50,366 bases of DNA from an uncultured bacterium (GCA_902766975.1 CACXFH010000099.1:1-50366), one strand, 5' to 3'; positions 1-8,135 are shown, numbered from the stretch's first letter. Notes: generated from the letters alone by a model not told the origin. Program-made: numbers and translations.

Positions 1-20
1 TACCGCTGCGCCACAGGCCC
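1..20 (-). tRNA. 5' end of a tRNA gene truncated by the window edge (isotype not determinable)
   Basis: Reverse complement of 1-20 reads GGGCCTG TG GCGC AGCGGTA. That gives a 7-nt acceptor arm, U8-G9, the start of a GCGC D-stem and an AGCGGTA D-loop with A14 and G18G19. The rest of the gene lies outside the window. Confidence 0.4.
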
Positions 21-55
21 GTGACGACTTATTATACCTATTAAATTTTCAATTT
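19..55 (-). promoter_or_regulatory. Copy A of a duplicated ~37-nt block directly 5' of the tRNA (minus strand), containing a TATAAT hexamer
   Basis: 19-55 and 144-181 share ccgtgacgacttattata-NN-tattaaattttcaa (32 identical positions). On the minus strand this reads TTGAAAATTTAATA-NN-TATAATAAGTCGTCACGG, with TATAAT ending 10 nt before the RNA 5' end. There is no well-spaced -35, so promoter status is inferred. Confidence 0.4.
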
Positions 56-143
56 TTGCGCCCGGCTTGCGGTAGCTGCGCTACCTTTCCTCTCCTCGGA
101 CGTGACATTTAGTCACCTCCTCGTCGGCAGAGTGCCACACTCA
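56..143 (-). ncRNA. Unclassified small structured RNA candidate (~85-90 nt)
   Basis: No ORF is present. The region sits behind block B exactly as the tRNA sits behind block A. The minus-strand sequence forms three local hairpins: GGCA-CTC-TGCC (126-136), GGAGGTGAC-TAAAT-GTCACGTCC (98-120) and GGTAGC-GCA-GCTACC (71-85). Purine-rich GGA-containing linkers separate them. It has no acceptor pairing and no T-loop, so it is not a tRNA. It is also not one long hairpin, so it is not SRP-like. Confidence 0.3.
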
Positions 144-181
144 CCGTGACGACTTATTATAAGTATTAAATTTTCAAATTT
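144..181 (-). promoter_or_regulatory. Copy B of the duplicated TATAAT-containing block, 5' of the small RNA candidate
   Basis: Near-identical to 19-55; see copy A. Confidence 0.4.
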
Positions 182-245
182 AATTTGCTATGACAATTAT
201 TACCATTGCCACCCAATCTCAAGTTATCATTAAAATATTAAAAAA

Positions 246-896
246 TCAAGACTCAATGAAAAGTTTTATTATATCTTCTTTGCTTATTGTAGGATTTATC
301 TCCTTTATGCACGTTATTTCTTCTGTTGAAATTTCTTCCCCGAAAATTTTTTCTAAAAGTTTTTTGTCGTAATCATATAATATCGACCCATGTTGTAATA
401 TATATCCATGTTTCCTGCATTGTGCCGAGCCGATAAGTTTTTTACCTTTATAGCATAAGTCGGCTCCCGTAGAAATCAACATACAATAATCAAATCCTGT
501 TTTTATCTGTTTTTGTGAACCAAAATCGATATCTATTCCTATTTGACTGAATTTATTGATGAAAATCCCGCAGATTTCTTTATATGAAGACACCACATGC
601 TCACCATGTTCAAGATATGAAACCGGACAGATATAGCTGTATGTAATTTCATTATCATGCAAAAGAGCTCGCCCGCCGGTTAATCGTCTTACAACATCAA
701 TCCCGCAATGTCGTAAAAGTTTATAATCCAAAAATTTATCGTCTTGATTTCTGCCAAGCGAAACACATGCGGGGCTCCATCCATATAACCGAAATATTGG
801 TTCGGATAATTTGTTATTAATTGCGTAATCTAACAAATCCGAATCAATATTCATATTCTGTTTGCCGGTTTTTATCTCATAAGGTATAAATTCCAT
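246..896 (-). CDS. Lipoate-protein ligase / octanoyltransferase family protein (BPL/LPL catalytic domain only)
   Basis: 216-aa ORF. It carries LYGWSPACVSLGRNQ and the VVRRLTGGRALLHDNEITYS motif typical of LplA/LipM-type catalytic domains. It is too short for a full LplA. Confidence 0.7.
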   Translation of the reverse strand: MEFIPYEIKTGKQNMNIDSDLLDYAINNKLSEPIFRLYGWSPACVSLGRNQDDKFLDYKLLRHCGIDVVRRLTGGRALLHDNEITYSYICPVSYLEHGEHVVSSYKEICGIFINKFSQIGIDIDFGSQKQIKTGFDYCMLISTGADLCYKGKKLIGSAQCRKHGYILQHGSILYDYDKKLLEKIFGEEISTEEITCIKEINPTISKEDIIKLFIES

Positions 897-901
897 TTTT
901 A

Positions 902-2485
902 TTATCTCTCAAAAATTGAGTAACCGTTCGGTTTTAAATCAGGAACCTTAATATCGTCTAACGGTAAAAGTTCTACCCCGTGAAAATTTGGGGCTTTTGG
1001 TTTGTTATCCGCAGGTGCAAGTATTTCTGCTTTATCCATTTTTTCTATTTTTTGTGTTTCTTCTTGCAGCATCTTTGCTTCTTTTTTCTGTTGTTTTTTT
1101 GTTTTCTTTTTTTCTTTTGTTTGTGTCGGCGCAACTTGAGTTGAAGCAGTATCTGTGTAGTTATTCATATCCGGTTGTTTATCGTGCAAGAAGATAAAAC
1201 CTTTGGTATCGTATGGGTCTCTTTTTACCTTTTGTGGTTTTTCTTCTTTAGTCTTTTCTTTTTTTATTTTTTCAGACTTTTCTTTTTTAGTTTTTTTATC
1301 TTTTTTAAACAATTTCTTTGATTTTGATTTTGTTTCCTGTGTAATCTCGTCTGCGTCTTTTGCAAGTTCTTGTGCTTGTTCATCAAGCTGTTGTTCGACT
1401 TTTTGTTCTTGTTCAAGCGGCGTCGGTTCTATCGGGGGGAGTTTTGATAAATTAGGATCTTCTTCTTCCCCGACATAACCTACTCCTGCAAGGCTCGCCG
1501 TTTTGTTTTCTAAATTATTTGTGTATTTTTCAACATCTGATATAGTTTTGTTGTAATCTTCCTTTGTGCTTACGTCATTCCCGTTTTGGGAATTCTCACG
1601 CTGGGCAAGTTCTTGTTCAAATTGTGTGAATGCTTCGTTCCCGACAAATTGTTCCAGTGCTGCGCGCTTAGATAAAAACTCTGACTGTGCGGTTTTCTGT
1701 TTATCAACTGCCGTTCTGTAGTATGAATCTGTTATAACGATAATTTCTCTTGCCACATTATTTTTTTGTGCAAGTTCGAATCTGTTTTTGCGTTCCTGTG
1801 CAAGTTTTGCCGTTTGAGTTAATTGTTCTTTTGCATTTATATAATCGTAATATAAATCGACGGTTTTTTGCTGCAGATCTTCAATTTTCCGTATAAGAAT
1901 AATCATATCGGCATCGGTAACTTTGGAATATTTATAGTTAAGAGCTTTTGTATCCTGTCCCATTATGCCAAGTACGTTCGCTCCGATAAGTGAGGTCCCC
2001 GCAAGAAGCGGATTTGACATCCCCGCACCTACAAGGGTAGACATGCTTGCAACGGTTTTTAACATATTTTTTACAGTGCTTTTATTTGGTTTATCCGCAT
2101 CCGGATTCGCCAATTTATACAGTGCAAAATTTATTGTGTCACTTTGCGTTGCCGCGCCCTGCCAAAGTAAGGATAAATCGGAAATCATGTCCTGTTCTTC
2201 GCATTCAAGATCATAAGCAATTTCTTTTGACAAATTTTTAATGCTCAGCTCTCCGTATGAAATTTCATGTGGTGCCTGACTCATTGTTGTCTTTCTTTGA
2301 ATTAATTCTTCCAAAGAATCGGATTGTTCTTTTTGAACATACGGATTCTCTGGAACTTCTGATATCCCTACTCTGTATGCGGGAGCTTTTGGTGTGACCA
2401 TATCTGTTAGTGCTAAATTCGCATTTGCACACGTAAAACCGCTTATACATAAGATTGCCGCTGCTAATAATATTTTATTTTTCAT
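902..2485 (-). CDS. Secreted Lys/Glu-rich coiled-coil protein of unknown function (paralog of 2475..3308)
   Basis: 527-aa ORF with an N-terminal signal peptide (MKNKILLAAAILCISGFTCANA). It shares blocks with the upstream gene (LWQGAATQ..INFALYKLANP; ITDADMIILIRKIEDLQQK..LYYDYINAKE). The C-terminal half is very K/E-rich. Confidence 0.6.
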   Translation of the reverse strand: MKNKILLAAAILCISGFTCANANLALTDMVTPKAPAYRVGISEVPENPYVQKEQSDSLEELIQRKTTMSQAPHEISYGELSIKNLSKEIAYDLECEEQDMISDLSLLWQGAATQSDTINFALYKLANPDADKPNKSTVKNMLKTVASMSTLVGAGMSNPLLAGTSLIGANVLGIMGQDTKALNYKYSKVTDADMIILIRKIEDLQQKTVDLYYDYINAKEQLTQTAKLAQERKNRFELAQKNNVAREIIVITDSYYRTAVDKQKTAQSEFLSKRAALEQFVGNEAFTQFEQELAQRENSQNGNDVSTKEDYNKTISDVEKYTNNLENKTASLAGVGYVGEEEDPNLSKLPPIEPTPLEQEQKVEQQLDEQAQELAKDADEITQETKSKSKKLFKKDKKTKKEKSEKIKKEKTKEEKPQKVKRDPYDTKGFIFLHDKQPDMNNYTDTASTQVAPTQTKEKKKTKKQQKKEAKMLQEETQKIEKMDKAEILAPADNKPKAPNFHGVELLPLDDIKVPDLKPNGYSIFER

Positions 2486-3308
2486 TTTTTACCCCGTTTC
2501 CTACAAGAGTTGAATCATAGTCATATTGATATAAATTCAAATCGTCTACTACCTTTTTGCCCGCAAGTCGCTGCAATTCAAGGTGATATTTTTTACATAG
2601 CTGAATGTATTTTTCTTCTTCCAATTGCATATCCTGATACAAAGTCGATTGAATTGCGATTTCCAAAAAATCTTCATCATCCATCGCTTTTGCATAGTTT
2701 TTACTGTAAAGTATTTCTCTTGAACGTATTTCTTTCAATAGTGCAAGACTGTTTTTATAATTATAGTATGCACTGATAATCTTATCTTGTAAATTTTCAA
2801 TAAGTCCCGCAAGTTCAATAAGCTCTGTATCGGTTAGCGGAATTTCTTTAGGTATGTTTTTGCGGTTTAAAAGATTTTGCGCAATTCGCCCCGCACCGTA
2901 AGTCGCTGATTGAATCATATAATTTTGTCCCATTAGGGTTGGGGCTAGTGATGCACCTGAAATAATTGCTGAAAGTGTCTTTGCCATTAATGATGAATGT
3001 ATTCTTCTTTGGCTTTCCGGAGTTGCAAGTTTTTTTAGCGCAAACCCGATAACCTGATTGTTTGAAACAGTACCTTTCCAAAGATTATCTATATCTTCAA
3101 GGTCTTTTTCCCTTTGAAGTTTTACAATTTGTTCAAGAATTTCATCATCACTTGTTAAAAGGGTGTCTGTTTTTTTGTAATCTTGTTTGGGTAATTCAAT
3201 TTTCGGCTTCTCAACCCCTCTTAATTGAACGGTATCATCAGCCATGACCGGCAAAAACGATTGCACTAAAAAGCATGTTATCCCTAATAACAAAATTATC
3301 TTCTTCAT
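2475..3308 (-). CDS. Secreted coiled-coil protein of unknown function (shorter paralog of 902..2485)
   Basis: 277-aa ORF with signal peptide MKKIILLLGITCFLVQSFLPVMA. Shared blocks are LWKGTVSNNQVIGFALKKLATP and LTDTELIELAGLIENLQDKIISAYYNYKNS. Its stop overlaps the next start within ATGAAAAATAA. Confidence 0.6.
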   Translation of the reverse strand: MKKIILLLGITCFLVQSFLPVMADDTVQLRGVEKPKIELPKQDYKKTDTLLTSDDEILEQIVKLQREKDLEDIDNLWKGTVSNNQVIGFALKKLATPESQRRIHSSLMAKTLSAIISGASLAPTLMGQNYMIQSATYGAGRIAQNLLNRKNIPKEIPLTDTELIELAGLIENLQDKIISAYYNYKNSLALLKEIRSREILYSKNYAKAMDDEDFLEIAIQSTLYQDMQLEEEKYIQLCKKYHLELQRLAGKKVVDDLNLYQYDYDSTLVGNGVKNEK

Positions 3309-3409
3309 AATAAATTTATAGCATTAATATGCGAATAAATCTAATGGTTGATTAATCTTTACATCAAATGGTGGTTATTCTCGTTTGAGAAAAATTTTAG
3401 AATAGTAAT

Positions 3410-3505
3410 GTGAGTGGGTTCCCTCACCCGAATTTCAAACTTTCGCATACTGCTCAAGTTGAAATTCTACCCTCTCCCACCAAAATGACGCTGCGGCGAG
3501 GGAAG
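3410..3505 (+). repeat. Composite copy of the GC-rich palindromic mini-element, carrying a nested AT-rich hairpin
   Basis: The parts are gtgag..ctcac (3410-3427), ccctcaccc (3421-3429) and the inner inverted repeat gaatttcaaactt/aagttgaaattc (3430-3467). These are followed by ccctctccc (3470-3478), a 17-nt loop and gcgagggaag (3496-3505). The same arms occur in the compact copy at 40817-40853. Confidence 0.6.
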
Positions 3506-3519
3506 CAGGAGAATAAGAG

Positions 3520-4272
3520 TTGAGTAAAGATATTACAAAATCAGAATATATGACGGCTCCGTTTAAAGTTATGAAAAAGAAAACGGATTTATGTAATCAG
3601 GCTGACATTTTTAAATCCAAAAAATCTTTCAAAGAAGCTATTTGCTGTTATCTTAATTCCGTTTTGCTAGACAGAAACAATCCGGATACCTACTTAAATT
3701 TAGGAGTATGTTACAAAAACTTGGGCAAAATTAAAAAAGCAATTAATTCATTGGAAAAGGCTGCGCTCCTTGATAAAGATAATTTTGATACGTTTTATGA
3801 ACTCGGACTTTGTCATTTGGAAGATGAAACCCCTTGTAAGGCTATAAAATGTTTTATTCATGCGGTAGAACTTGAACCTGATAACGCGGATGCAATCTAT
3901 CAGCTTGGTTTGGCGCATGAAAAGTGCGATGAGCAGGATATGGCGATGATGATTTATCAAAAATTGATTGAAAATACCCCGACATATATAAACGCCTATA
4001 TCAGGAAATCAACTTTATTGATGAAAATGGAATTATATAATTCCGCACTTGATTTATATAAACAGATTTTAAAAATTAATCCGGATTATGCAAAAGGATA
4101 TTATGACATTGCTTTTTGCCTTGACAAACTTGGCAAGCAAAGAGAAGCAAAGCGCTATTATCACAAATTTTTGGAATATAACCCTGATGATAAAAATGCA
4201 AATTTTGCAATGCAGAGAATGGAAAAGTTAAAAAAAATATCCAATTCCCGGATAAAATTATCTCTTGTTTAA
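3520..4272 (+). CDS. Tetratricopeptide (TPR) repeat protein
   Basis: 250-aa ORF made of serial 34-aa TPR-like units (..AI.CY..A..LDP.N.DA.Y.LG...). A TTG start at 3520 is preceded by AGGAG at 3506-3510. An alternative ATG at 3550 has no SD. Confidence 0.7.
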   Translation: MSKDITKSEYMTAPFKVMKKKTDLCNQADIFKSKKSFKEAICCYLNSVLLDRNNPDTYLNLGVCYKNLGKIKKAINSLEKAALLDKDNFDTFYELGLCHLEDETPCKAIKCFIHAVELEPDNADAIYQLGLAHEKCDEQDMAMMIYQKLIENTPTYINAYIRKSTLLMKMELYNSALDLYKQILKINPDYAKGYYDIAFCLDKLGKQREAKRYYHKFLEYNPDDKNANFAMQRMEKLKKISNSRIKLSLV

Positions 4273-5685
4273 ATTTTTCACAAATTCAACTGCCTGTGGT
4301 TTGTTTGTGATGTCACCGTTTAACTGGGCTTCGTGAAGTTCGTTTAAAATTTTGCCCAACTGCGGCGACGGTTTGATATTTAATAATTCCATAATGTCAT
4401 TCCCGTCCAATAATTTTGGCAAAGGTTTTATTGTTTCAAGGCTGTCAATGTAAAACTTGAGAAGTTTATCAAGCATAGTGAGATTTTCTTCAATCATTTG
4501 TTGTGTTATTTCAGGTCCTAAAGCCGATAATCTGTCAGCTTTTCCGATAATTATTGCATCAATTGAGTCGTCTTCCATCTTTCGAACATAGCGCATCATA
4601 ATCTTATCTGATAATTCCGGCGAACAAACCACCATAGTTGCATACATGTGATTTTTAATCATTTTTTGTATGTATTTAATCTGTTTATTGGAAAAAGCAA
4701 GATGCCGCAATATTTCCGGTGCCATTTTTGAACCGACATCATCATGCTTATAAAATCTGTGACGTCCTGTATTTCCCTCAATAAACCATGTTGAAAATTT
4801 ACCTATATCGTGCATAAATGCTGCCAACTTTAAATGCGCAAGTCGTGAAAAGCCCCCAAAATCAACTTTATGCAAATGTTCTTTTACTATATCCGTTGAA
4901 TTTTCATACAAAATTTGAATTTGTTTAACCGTTTCAATGCTGTGATGGAATAAATCCAAATGATGGTGTGCGTTTGGTGGTACTTGTTTTAATTCATCAA
5001 CAAAAGGAAAAATTAATTCTAAAATTCCGCATTCATCCATTTTCAAAAGGGCGCCATCCGCATATTCCCCGTCAAATAGTTTCATTAATTCGTATTCTAC
5101 TCGTTCTTTTGCCGGCTTACTAAGCAAAGTAGCATGCTTTTTTGCAATTTTCATCAAATCTTGAGAAATCTTAAATCCCAAAGTCGAATGAAATCTGAAA
5201 ATGCGCAAAAGTCTTAAAGGGTCATCAGTAAAATTTTCCTCTCTTATCTCGTTTAAAATTTTATTCTCAAAATCTTTTAGCCCGTTTGTCGGGTCAAAAA
5301 TTTCGCCGTTTTTTATGTTTATTGCGATTGCATTAACGCTTAAATCACGTCTGTAGATGTCTTTTTCAAGTGAATTTTCAATCGGATTTGTAATATCAAG
5401 ATAATTTTTTTTATCATTTAATACAACCCTGTAAATTTTATTTCCCTCATCAAGCGGAATGAATTTTTCATCAAAAAATTTTGCAATCTTCATTGAAATT
5501 TTTTTTGCATCGCAATCGGTTACAATCAAATCTCTGTCAGTGATTTCTTTATCAAGCAAAATATCACGTACAGCTCCGCCAACAAGCCAGATATCATTAT
5601 CAAAAAAGCTTGCCAAATTATTTAAGATTTCATCGTTTTGTATTCTATTTTTTATAGTTTGAGTATTCATAAATAATATTTCCAA
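4258..5685 (-). CDS. cca: CCA-adding enzyme / tRNA nucleotidyltransferase with HD domain
   Basis: 475-aa ORF. Motifs include the PolyA_pol head (WLVGGAVRDILL, DRDL, RRDLSVNAIA), RLLRIFRF, and the HD domain (HHHLDLFHHS ... FMHDIGK). The start may instead be the internal MNTQT. Confidence 0.85.
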   Translation of the reverse strand: MEILFMNTQTIKNRIQNDEILNNLASFFDNDIWLVGGAVRDILLDKEITDRDLIVTDCDAKKISMKIAKFFDEKFIPLDEGNKIYRVVLNDKKNYLDITNPIENSLEKDIYRRDLSVNAIAINIKNGEIFDPTNGLKDFENKILNEIREENFTDDPLRLLRIFRFHSTLGFKISQDLMKIAKKHATLLSKPAKERVEYELMKLFDGEYADGALLKMDECGILELIFPFVDELKQVPPNAHHHLDLFHHSIETVKQIQILYENSTDIVKEHLHKVDFGGFSRLAHLKLAAFMHDIGKFSTWFIEGNTGRHRFYKHDDVGSKMAPEILRHLAFSNKQIKYIQKMIKNHMYATMVVCSPELSDKIMMRYVRKMEDDSIDAIIIGKADRLSALGPEITQQMIEENLTMLDKLLKFYIDSLETIKPLPKLLDGNDIMELLNIKPSPQLGKILNELHEAQLNGDITNKPQAVEFVKNLNKR

Positions 5686-6427
5686 GTGCTACTGTTGTTG
5701 CTGTTTCAGCTCTTAGTATCATATCGCCCAGTGTGAGCATTTCAATAGTATTTTCCCTTCCTCCTTGGGGGAGAGGGAGTAGGGCTGAGGGGTTGTTAAA
5801 CCACTCAAATTCCTTTTGTGAAAATCCTCCTTCAGGTCCGATAATTACAAGAACTTTATCCCCTTTTTTTATCGGATTTTGTTCAAAAGATTCTCTTATA
5901 GTTTTTGTTGCAATTCTTTCGCAAAAAACAATTATTTTGTCAAAATGGTCTTCGGCTAAAAGTTTTTTGATTGTTGTGCGGGGATAACATTTCGGAATGT
6001 CTGCTCTTTCGCACTGTTTTGAACTCTCATACATAATTTTTTGCCACTTATCAATTTTTTTATCCGTCATTTCGTTGTTCAGGGCGCAATTATCGGTTTT
6101 GACAGGATAAACCCCGCTTACACCAAGTTCCGTAGCTTTTTCAATCAAGAGATTTTGCGCATCGCTTCGCAAAGGGCTTTGGGCAAGATAAAGTTCAAAA
6201 TTTAAAAACCTTTTTGAAGGGTAAAATTTGTTAATTCCTGTCGTAATTTTATCATTAGTAATGGCTTCAATAACGGTTTCATACTGTATTTTGTTTTCAT
6301 CAATAAGCAAAAGTTTTTCGCCTGTTCTTGCACGTAAAGAGCGTGCAATGTGAAAATAATTCTCCTTGTCAGATATTATAATTTTGTTGTCGTTGACTTG
6401 ATTTGATTTTATAAAAAAATGCGGCAT
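5645..6427 (-). CDS. rsmE: 16S rRNA (uracil1498-N3)-methyltransferase RsmE, carrying a 13-aa insertion
   Basis: 260-aa ORF. It has the MPHFFI start typical of RsmE, and GPEGGFS ... LGDMILRAETA at the C-terminus. The spacing between these two motifs is 29 aa, against 16 aa as I recall the E. coli and B. subtilis proteins. Confidence 0.85.
   Translation of the reverse strand: MPHFFIKSNQVNDNKIIISDKENYFHIARSLRARTGEKLLLIDENKIQYETVIEAITNDKITTGINKFYPSKRFLNFELYLAQSPLRSDAQNLLIEKATELGVSGVYPVKTDNCALNNEMTDKKIDKWQKIMYESSKQCERADIPKCYPRTTIKKLLAEDHFDKIIVFCERIATKTIRESFEQNPIKKGDKVLVIIGPEGGFSQKEFEWFNNPSALLPLPQGGRENTIEMLTLGDMILRAETATTVALGNIIYEYSNYKK
5753..5791 (-). repeat. GC-rich palindromic mini-element inserted in frame inside rsmE (encodes PSALLPLPQGGRE)
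   Basis: The minus strand reads cccctcagccctactccctctcccccaaggaggaaggg. This aligns with the intergenic copy cccctcacctgccctctccccgaaggggcgagg. It is a 39-nt GC-rich island inside an AT-rich gene. Confidence 0.7.
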
Positions 6428-6484
6428 ATTTTAGTCCTTCTGTCAGTATAGTAATTCTGACCTGCTTTTTTCATTATAGCATAA

Positions 6485-7996
6485 TCAATCTATTATAATT
6501 TCTTTTTCGTTTTTGTATGTGACATAGCCCAAATTCGCTTTAGGCGGTTTTCGCAGGTATTTGCGTTTTGTGTAAATTACTCCTATTTTTGAGGAATTTT
6601 TTCCTTGAGAATTTTCTTTTGCTAATTTTGCGCATTCCAGAATTAATTCATCCGTTAAATTTTGAGTTTTGAGCAAAACATGAGAGCCGGGGCAATCTTT
6701 GGTGTGAAACCACAAATCCTCATCTGATGCGAGTTTCGAAATTATATAGTCGTTTTGTTTATTGTTTTTGCCGATATAAATTCTTGTTTGATTCTGTTTT
6801 TCAATGCAAGTAATACCCTTTCCCGAATTTCTGATATTCATATTTTGCTTTGAAATTCTGCCATTTTTCATAGGTTGAGGAATTATAAGTTCGTTCTCTA
6901 TTTCTTTTAATTCTTCAATATTATTTGTAATTTCAATTGAATACAAAACACTTTCAAGGTATTGTTTATTCTGTTTGCTTTCTTCAATCAGTTCATTTAA
7001 TTTTATCCCTGCGTTTTTGCATTTATTATATTTTTTATAATATTCATTGGCGTTTTCTTTGACGGTTTTTGTATCTTTAAGCAAAATCGTGATTCCTTGA
7101 TTGTTTTCGTAATCAAATACTTTTGCTTCTTTTATGTAATCTTTGAGATTGTACAGGTTTGCCATTAGTAAATCTCCGTAAAGACGGTATTTGTCAAAAT
7201 TGTTGCTGCGATTTAATTGGGAAAGCATTTCGTTTAAGGATTTTTCGCATTTTTTTAATTTTTGGTTAGTCAAAGTAAGGTATTTCGATTTCAATGCTTT
7301 AAATTTCGCTTTATATGTCAATGTTGCATAGTAATTATCTATGAGAGAATTGACATTTTTAAACATAATATCGGGATGGATTGTTTCGCTTTGCTCGCAA
7401 TGGCATAGTTCCTTTTGTTTAAAATAACTAAATAAAAATGCATATCGTTCTTCAATAAAATATTTTGAGGAATGTTCGGGAGGATAGGTATAAGGGATTT
7501 GCCCGTAAACTTCCCTTACCTGGCTTTTGTCTGCTCCAACATTATGCGCACAACCTAAAATAATGTTTGTATCGGTATTATATAAAACTACGTTTGAATA
7601 TTTCCCCATAAGTTCAACAGCCAAACAAAGATAAATTTTATCCCCTATTTCGTTGTATGTTTCGACATAAAGTTCTAAAATTCTATCCCCGTCCGGTTGT
7701 TCAATTTTTGCGATGCGGGAGTTGTTGAGATATTTGCGCAAAAGCATACAAAACATCGGAGGTTTTGAGGGAATCTCTATAAGTCTTTTTCTTGAGTTTT
7801 GTTCAGACATAAAGCAAACATGATACATTTCCGGATTAATATTTATATAAAATTTCCGTGTTTGTCCGTTATTGCGCATAGAAAATATAAGTTCTCTGCG
7901 CGTTGGTTGTTGAATTTTATTAATTCTCGCATTGCAAATGAACTCTTTATTCTCTTCAATAAATTCTTTTAGAATCAAACTGTCAAATGAAATCAT
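6485..7996 (-). CDS. rqcH: NFACT-family ribosome quality-control protein (RqcH / FbpA-like)
   Basis: 503-aa ORF. It has an NFACT-N-like N-terminus (MISFDSL...INKIQQPTRRELIFSM), a central coiled coil, and the C-terminal DUF814/NFACT-R1 motif DLWFHTKDCPGSHVLLK. Confidence 0.75.
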   Translation of the reverse strand: MISFDSLILKEFIEENKEFICNARINKIQQPTRRELIFSMRNNGQTRKFYININPEMYHVCFMSEQNSRKRLIEIPSKPPMFCMLLRKYLNNSRIAKIEQPDGDRILELYVETYNEIGDKIYLCLAVELMGKYSNVVLYNTDTNIILGCAHNVGADKSQVREVYGQIPYTYPPEHSSKYFIEERYAFLFSYFKQKELCHCEQSETIHPDIMFKNVNSLIDNYYATLTYKAKFKALKSKYLTLTNQKLKKCEKSLNEMLSQLNRSNNFDKYRLYGDLLMANLYNLKDYIKEAKVFDYENNQGITILLKDTKTVKENANEYYKKYNKCKNAGIKLNELIEESKQNKQYLESVLYSIEITNNIEELKEIENELIIPQPMKNGRISKQNMNIRNSGKGITCIEKQNQTRIYIGKNNKQNDYIISKLASDEDLWFHTKDCPGSHVLLKTQNLTDELILECAKLAKENSQGKNSSKIGVIYTKRKYLRKPPKANLGYVTYKNEKEIIID

Positions 7997-8062
7997 AAAG
8001 AAAATTTACCAAAAAGGCATGATATTGTCTAATATTTTCCTTTTTTGTGTTATCATTTTATT

Positions 8063-8135
8063 GTTATTCCGAATTTATTTCAGATTTCATCTATTTAGTT
8101 TTTATAGGTTGATTCTGAAACAAGTACAGGATGAC
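8063..8135. repeat. Two head-to-head copies of a small palindromic repeat (gtcatcctg..tttcagaatc type) in the aspS leader
   Basis: The left copy is gttattccgaatttatttcagatttc (8063-8088). The right copy is gattctgaaacaagtacaggatgac (8111-8135), whose reverse complement is gtcatcctgtacttgtttcagaatc. They are separated by ~22 nt. The overlapping spurious ORF translates it as ILKQVQDDM. Confidence 0.5.

Noticed and set aside
56-143. Identity of the small RNA as SRP (4.5S) RNA, tRNA or tRNA-Sec.
   Set aside because: There is a weak resemblance (GUCC..GGAA..AGC) to the SRP helix-8 motif. However, the fold is three separate hairpins rather than one long hairpin. There is no acceptor-stem complement and no GTTCRA T-loop for any tRNA.
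190-372. 60-aa plus-strand ORF overlapping the 3' end of the lipoyl-ligase gene.
   Set aside because: It is antisense to a well-supported CDS and has no RBS.
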